Below are positions 23,931 to 34,257 of a stretch of DNA of 63,439 nucleotides, one piece after another. Under the pieces are notes generated by a model, which did not search any database, had not been told where the DNA came from, and saw only the letters and a list, made by a program, of their open reading frames with translations. The stretch is taken from positions 1 to 63,439 of the IMG/VR virus record IMGVR_UViG_3300045988_126429; one strand, 5' to 3'. Source of the stretch: a virus. Position numbers and translations under genes: made by a program. The stretch's first letter is position 1. Every line of letters starts with the position of its first letter.

Positions 23931-25346
23931 TTACAACTCCAAAGCTACAGTAACATTAGCAAGTTTTGTTACTGCCAGCTCATTACGTTCAATCGAAATA
24001 TTTTCCTGTTTATACGTTTGACCGTCTTTAGACACGCTGCACTCAATATAGCTAATGCCGTCAACGCCGCTGTAAATAGGACCAAGAAAACGCTGATAAA
24101 TAACATCATTACCCATCGACAGTTTGCCAATCTGTTTGACAACGATATTTTTAATTTTGTCGATTGCGTCACCGGGTAAAATTTCCTCATTATATTCTTT
24201 AATGATAACTTTAACATAAATTTGTACCTCGTGCGGACGGCTAAAGCATACATCTTGCGCTGCACCCTCGCTATCCTCAATGCGAACGCAAATATCGCCG
24301 TTCGTATCAATGCCTAAAGGTGCGACATTCAAGATTGTACGTGCAATAGCTTCTTCGTCACCGCCGAAAACAATAGCTTGAAAGGAATGAGGTTTTAAGC
24401 CATCAACTGTTTCATCAGTGCGGTTTTCATAAATAGTTACGCTGGTAACATCCTGCAATTCAAGCAAGGCAGCCTTAATACTTTCTTTCATTCCTATGCT
24501 GTTTCTGAACACTGCAGACGCATAACGCTGACGAACTTCGGATGCTGTTTCGTAGTCACGACCTACATATGTTTCAGATTCGTTGTTAACAGAAAACCAG
24601 CCGTCATAATTTGTGTTGATATAATTCACGCTATTTAGCAAAGGTTCGATTTCTCCGTATTCTTCACAGTCAAAACGAATAGGACTTCCAACCTGCGTTA
24701 CTACAAATGATTCATTAGGCACAACCACAGCTCCATATCGCCTGTCAGAGCGTTCAAAAACCAGCTTGCCTTCAACAATACTGCCTTGCCACTTTTCAAG
24801 GCTCTGAGAAGCCAAGGCAACAGCGACATTTAACGCAGTATCATTTTCTTGCGCTGTATATTTTATAACTGCATCATTATCAAACTGCACACTGTAAACT
24901 TTTCCTTTAGCTGGCGTTTCAACTTCCAGGGTTACATGCACGCAGTCATTAAGAGTGATCGTGCTTTCTTCAATAATATTCCATTTGTAGCCAGAAGCAT
25001 CTTTAATTTGGCAGTTAGCAGGAAGAACCATTCCGCTGCGTCCATAACAAACAGCATAGAGATAGCTTGCCTGAGCTTTCTTGCGCTGCACATTGGTGTA
25101 AGCAAGCGTATTATCTAAACTGCCTTCGCTGGCACTAATCGGCGAACGGTCATAATAATCACGCTCTAAAAGCTGCCACATTCGGTCAAGCTCAGCAGCA
25201 TACACACCAACAAGAACGCCTATCATGCTGTTAGGCTGACGGCTAACTGTCGAGCCTAAATTTTGCTCCAAGCTTTTAAAAATATCTTCTCGAATCTCCG
25301 GCAAACGCTTTCTAACAAAACCGTTAACTGTTACTCCGTACTCCAT
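23931..25346 (-). CDS. baseplate J-like protein
   Basis: 471 aa; size, position and N-terminus (VTVNGFVRKRLPEIREDI) typical of the gpJ/gp47 family. Confidence 0.7.
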   Translation of the reverse strand: MEYGVTVNGFVRKRLPEIREDIFKSLEQNLGSTVSRQPNSMIGVLVGVYAAELDRMWQLLERDYYDRSPISASEGSLDNTLAYTNVQRKKAQASYLYAVCYGRSGMVLPANCQIKDASGYKWNIIEESTITLNDCVHVTLEVETPAKGKVYSVQFDNDAVIKYTAQENDTALNVAVALASQSLEKWQGSIVEGKLVFERSDRRYGAVVVPNESFVVTQVGSPIRFDCEEYGEIEPLLNSVNYINTNYDGWFSVNNESETYVGRDYETASEVRQRYASAVFRNSIGMKESIKAALLELQDVTSVTIYENRTDETVDGLKPHSFQAIVFGGDEEAIARTILNVAPLGIDTNGDICVRIEDSEGAAQDVCFSRPHEVQIYVKVIIKEYNEEILPGDAIDKIKNIVVKQIGKLSMGNDVIYQRFLGPIYSGVDGISYIECSVSKDGQTYKQENISIERNELAVTKLANVTVALEL

Positions 25347-25710
25347 AGCCTAAAACCTCCTTCCTTACAATCATGCCGTATTCACTTTCCGCTTCATAGC
25401 TTAATAACATTTTTCGTGTAGCAGATTCAAAATCAATATCAATGCTGACTAAATTGCTTACGCCGTCAACTTTTAAAATTTGCTCACGGAAAAGCTCTCT
25501 AATTAGCGTAAAATTAGGATTTTTGATAAGCACATAATCGAGATAAGGTACGCCATGCGTAACGTCTAAAAACCATTCACCAAGGAAAGTAAGCAACTGT
25601 ATTTTTATCTGCTGTGCTACACGCTCAACATCATCAATAAACATTACATCTCCATTAAGTGCAAGGTCATGTGTCTTTGCGTTTAAAGCAAGGTCAAGCA
25701 TTGCCGACAC
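25324..25710 (-). CDS. baseplate wedge protein (gpW/gp25-like)
   Basis: 128 aa; DLALNGDVMFIDDVERVAQQIKIQLLTFLGEWFLD pattern; precedes the J-like gene. Confidence 0.6.
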   Translation of the reverse strand: MSAMLDLALNAKTHDLALNGDVMFIDDVERVAQQIKIQLLTFLGEWFLDVTHGVPYLDYVLIKNPNFTLIRELFREQILKVDGVSNLVSIDIDFESATRKMLLSYEAESEYGMIVRKEVLGYGVRSNS

Positions 25711-26356
25711 CTCCTAAATAACTAGGAACATATATATCCAAGCCGTTTTCTTGAATTTGTGTAAGCAAACCACAATCAATATAAAGTTTTTTAACAATCG
25801 CTTTCTTATCGGGTGTTTTTACAACATTACCTCTATCCTCTACAAGGCAAATGAAGTCCATCTTGCTGTTACCTTGCCAAAACGATTCCGCATAATCATT
25901 AATATGCGCAGCTTCAGTAACCCTAGCTGTCGAAATATCCTTGATAACAAAATCAAGCTCCGGCTGTTCAGCATCAACAATCTTTTCGCCAGCACTGCCT
26001 TCTGCCTGCCCCGATGCCTCAGATGTAGTATATCTGATTTTATCGGCAAGATTTTCTTTCAGCCATTCCCACGCATACCAATATGGTGTTAAATCAATAC
26101 TGCCTACCTCACTATTGTATTCAATGCCATACTTTTCGTCATCTTTGCACTTTAATGCCGCTTTTGTCTGCGATACATAAGCACCACGAATAACAGCACG
26201 AACAGAATCAGATACACTATCAGCATTGCTAAAATAACTATCAATAGCTTTTTCAAGCTGGACAAAATACGTCCATGAGCTTGTTAGTGTAGGAAACGCC
26301 GCAATGCAAGACGCTTTTTGTTCCTCGTAGGCTCTCAAAACTTCTTCTTTCTTCAT
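25694..26356 (-). CDS. hypothetical baseplate-module protein
   Basis: 220-aa ORF, AAAGGAGT RBS. Confidence 0.5.
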   Translation of the reverse strand: MKKEEVLRAYEEQKASCIAAFPTLTSSWTYFVQLEKAIDSYFSNADSVSDSVRAVIRGAYVSQTKAALKCKDDEKYGIEYNSEVGSIDLTPYWYAWEWLKENLADKIRYTTSEASGQAEGSAGEKIVDAEQPELDFVIKDISTARVTEAAHINDYAESFWQGNSKMDFICLVEDRGNVVKTPDKKAIVKKLYIDCGLLTQIQENGLDIYVPSYLGGVGNA

Positions 26357-26368
26357 AACGCGACTCCT

Positions 26369-26953
26369 TTACTGTGACGAACTCGTTGTTCCGTGATGGT
26401 ACGAATGTGTATGACCTATAAGGCTGATGCCGCCACCCTGCACATCACCTGTACAAGTTATCGTCCCTTGCACATTGATATTTCCGACAACATTAATCGT
26501 GTTGCCAGGAGTAAGGCTAATTTTCGTGCCTCCGTTAATAACTTCAACATTTTCGGCAGATATTGACTGTGACGGCATCATTCCAACAAAACAGAAGCCA
26601 TCAGTCAAATCATATTGTCGAGGATCATGGTTATCATCGGTTCCAGCACCAAGCCATTCATCAATACTGCGTTCAGAAAAAACAATTAAGCAACTATCAC
26701 CAGGCTTTACAGGATAAGTAATCTGAGCCGCTCCTGCGTGTGGCATAAAAACAGGAACACCATCAATAACCGGGTATTCAAGAACTCTGCCGTCGGAGGT
26801 AAATTTCTTTAACGTTGACTTCACGCTGGCAAGGCAAGTAGAAGCATCAAATGACAAGATTGTACCAGGCAAGCAAGTGTGAATATTGCCTATTTTTTGC
26901 TGCATCAGATTTTCCAATCCTTCCAGCGTATCTGTTGTTGCATCAAGGCTCAT
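26369..26953 (-). CDS. baseplate central spike / gpV-like protein
   Basis: 194 aa; IHTCLPGTILSFD...PGDSCLIVFSERSID...FVGM...GISLIGHTH resembles gpV/gp45-type spike proteins. Confidence 0.65.
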   Translation of the reverse strand: MSLDATTDTLEGLENLMQQKIGNIHTCLPGTILSFDASTCLASVKSTLKKFTSDGRVLEYPVIDGVPVFMPHAGAAQITYPVKPGDSCLIVFSERSIDEWLGAGTDDNHDPRQYDLTDGFCFVGMMPSQSISAENVEVINGGTKISLTPGNTINVVGNINVQGTITCTGDVQGGGISLIGHTHSYHHGTTSSSQ

Positions 26954-26959
26954 ATCTAA

Positions 26960-27862
26960 TCACTCCTTCGGTACAATCTCATACACTTCAAGCTCCGTAT
27001 ACCAATTCTGTCCGCTATACGAGCCGTTGTGTTTTAAGCTTTCTATTTTAAACCAGCCTTTTATTTTCTGCGAATCAATGTAAACCAAATCTCCAGGATT
27101 TAATACAGGCTGTAAAAGGCATTTAACATTCCAGCCTGCTTTCTTATCCCTTTTAGGTTGGGTAGTCTTTTTACTTGTTTTTTGTTTTGCTGCTTTTGTT
27201 GGACCTTTAAGAAGTTTTTCAACAAAACCAATTAATCCGCTTTCAGGAGTAAGCTTTATAGCTTGCACATTAGTATTGCCACCTTGCTTAATAATCTGCA
27301 AGGTATTGTTTTGAATACTCCATTCTAAATCAGTGCCAGCGCACACTTTATCAAGGCACTCACGTCCTGCACCAACAAAAGAAAAACCATTCGCAAAAGT
27401 CGCAAACTCACAATCATCAGCATACGTTACTACAAGTCCCATATCTGCTGCCACATCGTCAATAGCTTTCTTCCTGCTAACATCTTTAGCGTAAGACAAG
27501 GACACGATACTATCACGGATAGCAACGTGCCCATCATAAAGCTTCATCTCTGTTACTTTGTCAGAACCGCTCATGTAGGAATAACAGTCGGTTACCCAGC
27601 CGATGAATATTCTTTTCAAGCCAGCGTCCTCGCTGTACCCCACTTCAAGGATGCAGATTGTATCTGCTCTTTCCAATTTATCGGCTGTCGCTTTTGACAA
27701 GTTATAAATTTTCAGTGAACAGGAATTGCTTTGCTTAGCAAGACTTTTTGCAATGTCAAACTCAATCTCTAATCCTTGTTCTTTCGCCTTTGCTTCAATG
27801 ACAACACCGTCCGAACCTTGTACGCCTAGAGTAATTTTATAGATGCGGTCAAACTGTGCCAT
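26960..27862 (-). CDS. baseplate hub protein (XkdQ/gpD-like)
   Basis: 300 aa; position after the tape measure and Dit-like genes; FDRIYKITLGVQGSDGVVIE... Confidence 0.5.
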   Translation of the reverse strand: MAQFDRIYKITLGVQGSDGVVIEAKAKEQGLEIEFDIAKSLAKQSNSCSLKIYNLSKATADKLERADTICILEVGYSEDAGLKRIFIGWVTDCYSYMSGSDKVTEMKLYDGHVAIRDSIVSLSYAKDVSRKKAIDDVAADMGLVVTYADDCEFATFANGFSFVGAGRECLDKVCAGTDLEWSIQNNTLQIIKQGGNTNVQAIKLTPESGLIGFVEKLLKGPTKAAKQKTSKKTTQPKRDKKAGWNVKCLLQPVLNPGDLVYIDSQKIKGWFKIESLKHNGSYSGQNWYTELEVYEIVPKE

Positions 27863-27864
27863 AG

Positions 27865-28185
27865 TTAACCTCCATAAAATTCATCTTCTGTACAATACAC
27901 GAGCGTTGCTGCTCCGCTTTGAAAATCATCTCTGCCTACACTTTCTTTGTCCGTTAAGACAAGTAATTCTCCCCTTGGAGCATTACTTTTATGATGATTC
28001 ATCAACAAAGGAAATTTCGGCACAACGCAAGCGTTAGCAAGAATTACATTGTTGTTAGCGTCCCAAAGGTGCAATGCCCAAAATTGCCCTTCATGGTTCC
28101 AGCACATTCTTACCTTATATTTCTTGCCGTCAAAAGGAACGCTAAAAACAACATCATTGCCGTCAGCAAAATTAATCATAATCAT
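27865..28185 (-). CDS. small baseplate-module protein
   Basis: 106-aa ORF, AGGAGGT RBS. Confidence 0.5.
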   Translation of the reverse strand: MIMINFADGNDVVFSVPFDGKKYKVRMCWNHEGQFWALHLWDANNNVILANACVVPKFPLLMNHHKSNAPRGELLVLTDKESVGRDDFQSGAATLVYCTEDEFYGG

Positions 28186-28193
28186 GTTACCTC

Positions 28194-28766
28194 CTAAAAC
28201 AGCAAGCCTAATCCGCTTTTAATATTATCTACTCCGCCAACGTCAACAGAAGATGTTTTTGCTGCGCCTGCGTTCGCTGCTGTTTCTCCTGCGTTTTCTT
28301 CCTGCGAAGCAGTAACGACATTCTCTGGTATCGTTGTTGTCTGCGTTGTTACCTTAACAATCTGTTGAAAAGCCAAGTCAGCATAAATAATGCTTTTGGA
28401 CGAATCCTGTTTGCTTACCCGGCACGAAGTCATAACCATGTTGTCATACTTCTTTTCAGGACGAATAATGGACACAGGCTCTTTCTTATCTCTGATTTCC
28501 TCTAAAAGCTGGAGGCCATTAGCAAATTTCTTTTCTCCCCACCCATTCTTATAAAACCACGTTACAGGAGTAGACGAAATGCCGACAGTCATTGTCAGTT
28601 TTAAAGGCTTGTTAACAATATGGTCAGCAATTTCAAAGCCTGTTTCTACCGGGTGTCCTGTTACGTCCTGATCATAGGTGTATTCAAAAGATTTTACTAT
28701 ATCAACCTTCAGAGAACCAACTTGCGTAGGATTTTTAATGTTGTAACCTAAAATATCTGCCAGCAT
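28194..28766 (-). CDS. distal-tail/baseplate protein following the tape measure
   Basis: 190 aa; position immediately after the TMP; VTGHPVETGFEIADHIVNKPLKL pattern. Confidence 0.5.
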   Translation of the reverse strand: MLADILGYNIKNPTQVGSLKVDIVKSFEYTYDQDVTGHPVETGFEIADHIVNKPLKLTMTVGISSTPVTWFYKNGWGEKKFANGLQLLEEIRDKKEPVSIIRPEKKYDNMVMTSCRVSKQDSSKSIIYADLAFQQIVKVTTQTTTIPENVVTASQEENAGETAANAGAAKTSSVDVGGVDNIKSGLGLLF

Positions 28767-28779
28767 AACATTATCACTC

Positions 28780-30615
28780 CTAGCAATACTCGAAAGCAGG
28801 GTTAGAGCTATCGATTGCGCCGCTTAGACCACCATTACTACGCTGAATGCCGTTTGCAACACCTGCGCCGATATCTGACGGAGAAGCATTGCTACTCGTG
28901 TTAACAGTAATATAATTGGTTTGGTTACCGCTATTGTTAACACTAGTAGACGCACTCATAGGCGTATACCCAACCTTCCCATAATAACTCAAATCATTAG
29001 GAGCAGCAGGGCCAGTGCCGTTAACGCCATTATTAACAAAATTGGAAAAACCTTCTTTAATTGACGGCCAAAGAGGTCCACCAAATTTTTCTTTCAAGCT
29101 CTCTCCCCATGACCTTGCTGTTTTGGCAATCTTATCACCAAGTTTACCAAGCCAATCAATAGCAAGCTTAATAATACCAATGACGCGCATGTTACAGAAA
29201 TCTTCAAATGCTTTAGAAACGGAATCCCATGCTTCCTTAAACCAATTACAGAAGTTTTGCCATTTTTCGCCCCAGCCAGTCAATGCACTGCCGATAACGC
29301 TATCACCGCCAGAAAACCAACGGTAAAGGTCACGGATAAGCTCGAGTACAACCCAAATCCATGTTACAATCGGCAAGAAGCGGATAGGACTATTTTCGAG
29401 CATAGTAAGAAATTCATTAGCCTTATTCTTCACAGCGTCAAAGTCGCCAAACCATCGTTTCATCATTGTATCAGCCGTTGGATCAGTTATCCATTTGTAA
29501 AAGTCTTGAATAAGCAAGACAACAAATGCAATCGCAGCTGCGATTAAGAGGAATTTACCCATTATTAGCATCTGCATAGCTGCTCCCTTTCGCGTTTGGC
29601 TGTTAAACACTATTTGAGCACCTGTTGCCAGCATTAACGCATCTCTAACGGCAACAATCCATTTCACAGCAGTTCCAAGCATCATTACAAAGCTACTCCA
29701 TTTTGCCATGCCAAAAAGAACACCTGCGTAAATTGCTGCAATTCGCAAACCCGAAATAAAGTTATCGAGATTGATTTTTTCAACATAATCTGCAAATTTC
29801 GCAATGCTTTTTGCCATGCTGTCTATAATGCCTGTCTTATCTTCAAATTCCTTAAAAAACTTTCCGACCGCGTTTTGCATTTTGTTAGATGCCTGCCCGA
29901 TAGTCCAGGGCATTTTACCTAACTCCATTTTTAAGCGGTCAGATTGCCCACGAATAGCATTAAAAACATCTTGTGCAGTTAATTTGCCTTCGCTGCCCAT
30001 CTGCCTTAACTGACCGATTGTAGTTCCCATGCCATCGGCAATAGCTTTCGCAAGGCGAGGTGCTTGCTCTAAAATGGAGTTCAGTTCATCACCACGCAAC
30101 GTACCAGAACCTAAAGCCTGTCCTAACTGCACCAACGCAGCTTGCTGAGATGAAGCATCACCGCCACCCAGCAACATTGCGTTTGAAACATCTTCGGTAA
30201 ACAGCAAAATGTCTTTAGTGCTTTTCTTTAGCTCCTGTGCATTACGTGCGACAGATGTAAAAAGCTCGGCGGTAGAGCCGTATTGCTGACGAGTACGGCT
30301 TGCAATATTGTAAATCTCTTTTTGAACAGCTTTTGATTCCTGCTGGCTTTTGGTTACGTTGTTTACCTGACCTTCAATAACCTTCCATTCGTCAATCGTT
30401 TTAACGATGCTTCCAAGAGTTAGTGATACGCCAGCAAACATAGCCAGACCGCTTAACTTAGAAAATAAACTATCTACTTTATTGCCAGCTTTATCAGCAG
30501 AATCCCCAACACGTTCAAGTCCTGTTTTAACTTTTTTAGTTGTCTGCTCTACTTGCTTAACATTCGAATTGTTTACCTTAAAGCCAATCGCAATAACCAG
30601 ACTTCTTACGTCCAC
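28780..30615 (-). CDS. tail tape measure protein
   Basis: 611 aa, GTG start after AAAGGAG; GDELNSILEQAPRLAKAIADGMG...GKLTAQDVFNAI motif; central TM-like segments. Confidence 0.88.
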   Translation of the reverse strand: MDVRSLVIAIGFKVNNSNVKQVEQTTKKVKTGLERVGDSADKAGNKVDSLFSKLSGLAMFAGVSLTLGSIVKTIDEWKVIEGQVNNVTKSQQESKAVQKEIYNIASRTRQQYGSTAELFTSVARNAQELKKSTKDILLFTEDVSNAMLLGGGDASSQQAALVQLGQALGSGTLRGDELNSILEQAPRLAKAIADGMGTTIGQLRQMGSEGKLTAQDVFNAIRGQSDRLKMELGKMPWTIGQASNKMQNAVGKFFKEFEDKTGIIDSMAKSIAKFADYVEKINLDNFISGLRIAAIYAGVLFGMAKWSSFVMMLGTAVKWIVAVRDALMLATGAQIVFNSQTRKGAAMQMLIMGKFLLIAAAIAFVVLLIQDFYKWITDPTADTMMKRWFGDFDAVKNKANEFLTMLENSPIRFLPIVTWIWVVLELIRDLYRWFSGGDSVIGSALTGWGEKWQNFCNWFKEAWDSVSKAFEDFCNMRVIGIIKLAIDWLGKLGDKIAKTARSWGESLKEKFGGPLWPSIKEGFSNFVNNGVNGTGPAAPNDLSYYGKVGYTPMSASTSVNNSGNQTNYITVNTSSNASPSDIGAGVANGIQRSNGGLSGAIDSSNPAFEYC

Positions 30616-30878
30616 GGCGCATCAGCTCCTTTCTTTTTTGGGTGGTCAAGATGATACTTCTGAATATCGCTCTGCATATCAAGTAGGGCGTTTATTTTGC
30701 ACAAGTCACCTAAAGTTACCGTGCCATCTTTAATTTCAGTTACTGTAACGACTTTTGCCAGCACTGGCCGCCAAACAAATGATTCAGCGGTCAGCTCCGG
30801 GCTAACCGCACCAGGTATCTCTATTTGTTCGCCAACATCTCGCGGAATCCAGAGAGGTTGGGAATTAAATCGAAAAAA
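30606..30878 (-). CDS. -1 frameshift extension of the tail assembly chaperone (gpGT-like)
   Basis: Slippery T TTT TTC at 30878-30872 in the 0 frame; the -1 frame is open for 88 codons (RFNSQPLWIPRDVGEQ...DHPKKKGADAPWT*) and ends inside the TMP start. Confidence 0.75.
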   Translation of the reverse strand, partial: FFRFNSQPLWIPRDVGEQIEIPGAVSPELTAESFVWRPVLAKVVTVTEIKDGTVTLGDLCKINALLDMQSDIQKYHLDHPKKKGADAPWT

Positions 30879-31294
30879 TCACCAAAATTTACCTCGATAA
30901 TAAATTTCTCCAATTTCAGCATATCAACAAGCTTGCCGGTAAACAGCTCATTAATAACGTCTTCGGTTAACATAATAGCTTCTTCTTCACCCTTAATCTT
31001 TACGCTGACATATTCAGCATCAAGCAGACGTTCAGAGAACTGTGCCAGCACTTCACCATTAAAGCTTTCGCCTAACTGAGCAATGATAGCACCGACGTTA
31101 ATCTGCGCTCCTAACAATGCTTCTTTCATGTCCTCAGTTTCGCCGTTCGGAGTTAACCCGCCTTTTAAAGCTGATGTAACAGCTCTTTGCAGGTCACCAT
31201 ACAGCTTTAAGCCTTGTAATGGAGGGAAAGCACGAACGTAGAAGGTGTTCGCGCCAATCTTGCGATTTTTAACATCATATTTTGCTTGTCTCAT
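30821..31294 (-). CDS. tail assembly chaperone (gpG-like)
   Basis: 157 aa between the tube and tape measure genes; carries the slippery site near its 3' end. Confidence 0.75.
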   Translation of the reverse strand: MRQAKYDVKNRKIGANTFYVRAFPPLQGLKLYGDLQRAVTSALKGGLTPNGETEDMKEALLGAQINVGAIIAQLGESFNGEVLAQFSERLLDAEYVSVKIKGEEEAIMLTEDVINELFTGKLVDMLKLEKFIIEVNFGDFFDLIPNLSGFREMLANK

Positions 31295-31305
31295 TTTTTT
31301 ACCTC

Positions 31306-31749
31306 TTAGCTATGCCCGCCAACTAAAAATGCTTCATCGGGGACAACAGCCATGAATACCCATTCGCATTTACCGTCAGAAGCAGACTTACCACGCTGGA
31401 AGTTCGGCTTCTTTACAATCCATGCCTGATCACTAATCATAACGCTGTCACCGCTCAAATCCTTAATAACCAACGGTAACAAGCCTGCGCCGCTTTGATT
31501 GTCAGCATCTTGAATTAAGCTCAACGCCGCATTGCTAGAGCTAGACTGCAACAACGTTACGGTGACTTGCTTTAAGACAGAGGACGGGTCGATACTGCGG
31601 ACAATTTCCTGGTCACAGCCTACGACAGCACTAATGCCGTCACCCTGCGTTTCGACGTTAATAAAAGTACCTTCGTCAACGCCAGTCAAAATAAGCGAGC
31701 CGAACAATACTTTAACCTTCTTCGGGTCGTATGTCTTTACTCTTGCCAT
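31306..31749 (-). CDS. tail tube protein
   Basis: 147 aa directly after the sheath-position gene; MARVKTYDPKKVKVLFGSLILTGVDEGTFI. Confidence 0.6.
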   Translation of the reverse strand: MARVKTYDPKKVKVLFGSLILTGVDEGTFINVETQGDGISAVVGCDQEIVRSIDPSSVLKQVTVTLLQSSSSNAALSLIQDADNQSGAGLLPLVIKDLSGDSVMISDQAWIVKKPNFQRGKSASDGKCEWVFMAVVPDEAFLVGGHS

Positions 31750-31763
31750 TTATTCCACCATCC

Positions 31764-32846
31764 TTATGCTTGAATAAGATTCTCGTAGGTCAACGAGCCT
31801 TTGATGTTAACTGCGTGAATAGCACCTGCTAAACGAGCAGTGAATTTCACATCGTCAAGAACACGTTGAGCTTTCTTGTTTGCGCTGATGTTCGCAGCTT
31901 TCGGAACGCTAATCGTGTAGCCAAGATTCTTATTGCCGTTATCGTCGTATTCTGTAGGAGCAATACCGCCACGGTCTTGACCAAGCTTTAAGACTTTATT
32001 CAGCACGCCCTCGACAAGCGCAATACCTGCATCAGTGTAAGGCAATTTTTCACGGTTAATAAGCATTGCAAATTCTTCTGTTTTAATTGTTTCGATAAGC
32101 CAAGCACGAAAACGGATAACATCAATCCATTCGCCTGCGCAAGTCTTGCCGTTTTGCGTAATGCTAACACCGTCAGAGAAGTTTTCAAAAGTATTGTAGT
32201 TTTTTGCAGTTAAAGCAAGGTACTCTGTCTCAGTCAAATTGTCATTTGTAATGCCAGAAAGCTTTTTGTTTGCCCACGTTTCACCGCCAGGATATACAGT
32301 AAAGCAGCTCGACATCAAAGCTGCTTCGGGAAATTCCTTTTCTGATTCTTTATGATAAAAAATAAAAGTGTTGAAATAATTCTTTTCTTTTAATTTACTG
32401 CCTGTATCTGTTGCAACGCCAGTTTGCAAAGCGTCGGGTTCAGCCACGGACGTTCCATAAAGCTTCGTATGAGCCTCAGCCCATTCAGCCATCTCCATAA
32501 TCTTTGCAGAGGTGCGTTCAACATAGCACAAGCCAAACCAGTCATTGTCAACAGCGCAAATTTTAGCCATGTTATCCGCCACAGAGCTATCAGTGTTCAT
32601 TCTGCCAATTTTAATTCTTTCATAATGCGGAATCTGGCTAAACGCTTGTAATGCAGCTTTATACACTGCATCATCTGCGCTCCAGCCTAAATCCAAAAGC
32701 TGGTCTGCGTCAGTAATTGTCAGCACATACGCAGGAGCAGCGTGTTCATGAGCCGACACAATCATAAGCGTGTTAAAGCCATTGGACGAAATGCCAGTGG
32801 TGTTTAAGGCAATCTGCACGTTGACTAATCTGTCAATATTCGCCAT
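31764..32846 (-). CDS. tail sheath protein
   Basis: 360 aa at the sheath position of a genome that encodes baseplate J/W/V proteins; assigned by synteny. Confidence 0.6.
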   Translation of the reverse strand: MANIDRLVNVQIALNTTGISSNGFNTLMIVSAHEHAAPAYVLTITDADQLLDLGWSADDAVYKAALQAFSQIPHYERIKIGRMNTDSSVADNMAKICAVDNDWFGLCYVERTSAKIMEMAEWAEAHTKLYGTSVAEPDALQTGVATDTGSKLKEKNYFNTFIFYHKESEKEFPEAALMSSCFTVYPGGETWANKKLSGITNDNLTETEYLALTAKNYNTFENFSDGVSITQNGKTCAGEWIDVIRFRAWLIETIKTEEFAMLINREKLPYTDAGIALVEGVLNKVLKLGQDRGGIAPTEYDDNGNKNLGYTISVPKAANISANKKAQRVLDDVKFTARLAGAIHAVNIKGSLTYENLIQA

Positions 32847-32859
32847 TCAATTCACTCTC

Positions 32860-33426
32860 CTATTCTAATTCACCAGTAATTTCAATTTTTACAATTTCCC
32901 CATCCACAGCAGGGCGTTCTTCTTTATCTTTGCCGTTGCTCGTCGTGCCGTTGATTTTTAGCTTATCAAACCAGTCTACGCCGTCCTGCAACAGCTCACG
33001 ACTATACGACACAGTAAGGTCGACAGAACCTCTTTCCTGCCACGTAGAGCCATCAAGCGCAGCAGTCAAATTTTGTACCTGCTCAACGCTGTTTATAGCA
33101 ACATTAGCTTCGCTGCACAGGTCAACAACATTTGGCATTTCCACCAAATATTTAAGCTGGTCTAAAAGCTCTAATGAGCCTTCTCCAATAGCCTGTACAT
33201 TTACCGTGGCTTCTTGAAAGCCTACATTGCTGTATTGTTGGCTCTTAGGCAAAAAAACGACCTCGTTGCCTATATTTCTTTCAGACAAGAGGTCTACAAC
33301 AATGTTTAATTCATTCGTAGCAGGAGCATTTGTTTTTGCCCTGCGCACTGGCACAGAAGGATAAAGCTTCTGCATTAAGGCGATAAAGAAGGTATGGACT
33401 TCGTTTCGGGTGTTAGCTTCACTCAA
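32860..33426 (-). CDS. neck / tail-terminator-position protein
   Basis: 188-aa ORF between the head-completion genes and the sheath gene. Confidence 0.4.
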   Translation of the reverse strand: MSEANTRNEVHTFFIALMQKLYPSVPVRRAKTNAPATNELNIVVDLLSERNIGNEVVFLPKSQQYSNVGFQEATVNVQAIGEGSLELLDQLKYLVEMPNVVDLCSEANVAINSVEQVQNLTAALDGSTWQERGSVDLTVSYSRELLQDGVDWFDKLKINGTTSNGKDKEERPAVDGEIVKIEITGELE

Positions 33427-33773
33427 AATTCGCTCACCTCCACAGCGTAGGCACGATAGTGGTTTATAACGTCGCTCTGAAAAATATCGCTAGCAACAAT
33501 CTCAAACGTCCTGCCACGCCAAATAAAGCGGTCAGCCTGCGTTCCTGTATGTTGGTCAGCAGTGTACAGCTCAACATCTGTATAAATCTTTACCGCTCTG
33601 CCTTGCCTGCGTCCTTCTGGCAGTGCGTACATCTCATTCGCCTTTAAAGCCTGTACGCTCGCATAAACTTCAAGCTCCGTTGCATCGGGATAAAGATACG
33701 TTCCGTCAGCGAGTAATTCGGGTTTACCGTCATAACGCAGGACTGTGATAGGCTTGCGAAAGCTACTCATCAT
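33423..33773 (-). CDS. head-tail joining protein
   Basis: Start MMSSF after GAAAGGCGG; ...ADRFIWRGRTFEIV pattern; synteny. Confidence 0.45.
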   Translation of the reverse strand: MMSSFRKPITVLRYDGKPELLADGTYLYPDATELEVYASVQALKANEMYALPEGRRQGRAVKIYTDVELYTADQHTGTQADRFIWRGRTFEIVASDIFQSDVINHYRAYAVEVSEF

Positions 33774-34257
33774 CACTACCGCCTTTCTCGATAACGTAGC
33801 GAATTGATTGACGCAGGTGTCCTGTATCAATCAATGGTCTAGAGCTTTTCTTTCGTTTAATTGTAGCGGGTGAGTTCGGAACAAATGGTCCGTCAACTAT
33901 TTTCTTCTGAACCATGCCCTGTACAACATTACCTAACTGATCAAGAGCTGTTTCCGTGCTAATGCCTTTTATAGCACTGTTAACAATATGGTCACCCATC
34001 TTATTAATCATTGGCTTATTTTCATCAAAAGCAGAGCGCAGGAATGAGCGTTGTGGCATACCACCTAACCCAAACTCATGTATCGCTGCAATAACAGCCA
34101 ACGGCTGGTCAGTGTTGCGTATGCCGCCGTCCTTCCCGCGCTTCACAGTTTTATCCTTAGCTTGAACGCCAACTTTAATTACAACATCGCTTAGCTCTTC
34201 CTTAAGCGTAACTATAATACGGTTTAAGCCTAAATCGGTATCTTCCACCTTGCTCAT
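33763..34257 (-). CDS. HK97 gp10-like tail-completion / morphogenesis protein
   Basis: IAAIHEFGLGGMPQRSFLRSAFDE and PLIDTGHLRQSI motifs. Confidence 0.6.
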   Translation of the reverse strand: MSKVEDTDLGLNRIIVTLKEELSDVVIKVGVQAKDKTVKRGKDGGIRNTDQPLAVIAAIHEFGLGGMPQRSFLRSAFDENKPMINKMGDHIVNSAIKGISTETALDQLGNVVQGMVQKKIVDGPFVPNSPATIKRKKSSRPLIDTGHLRQSIRYVIEKGGSDDE

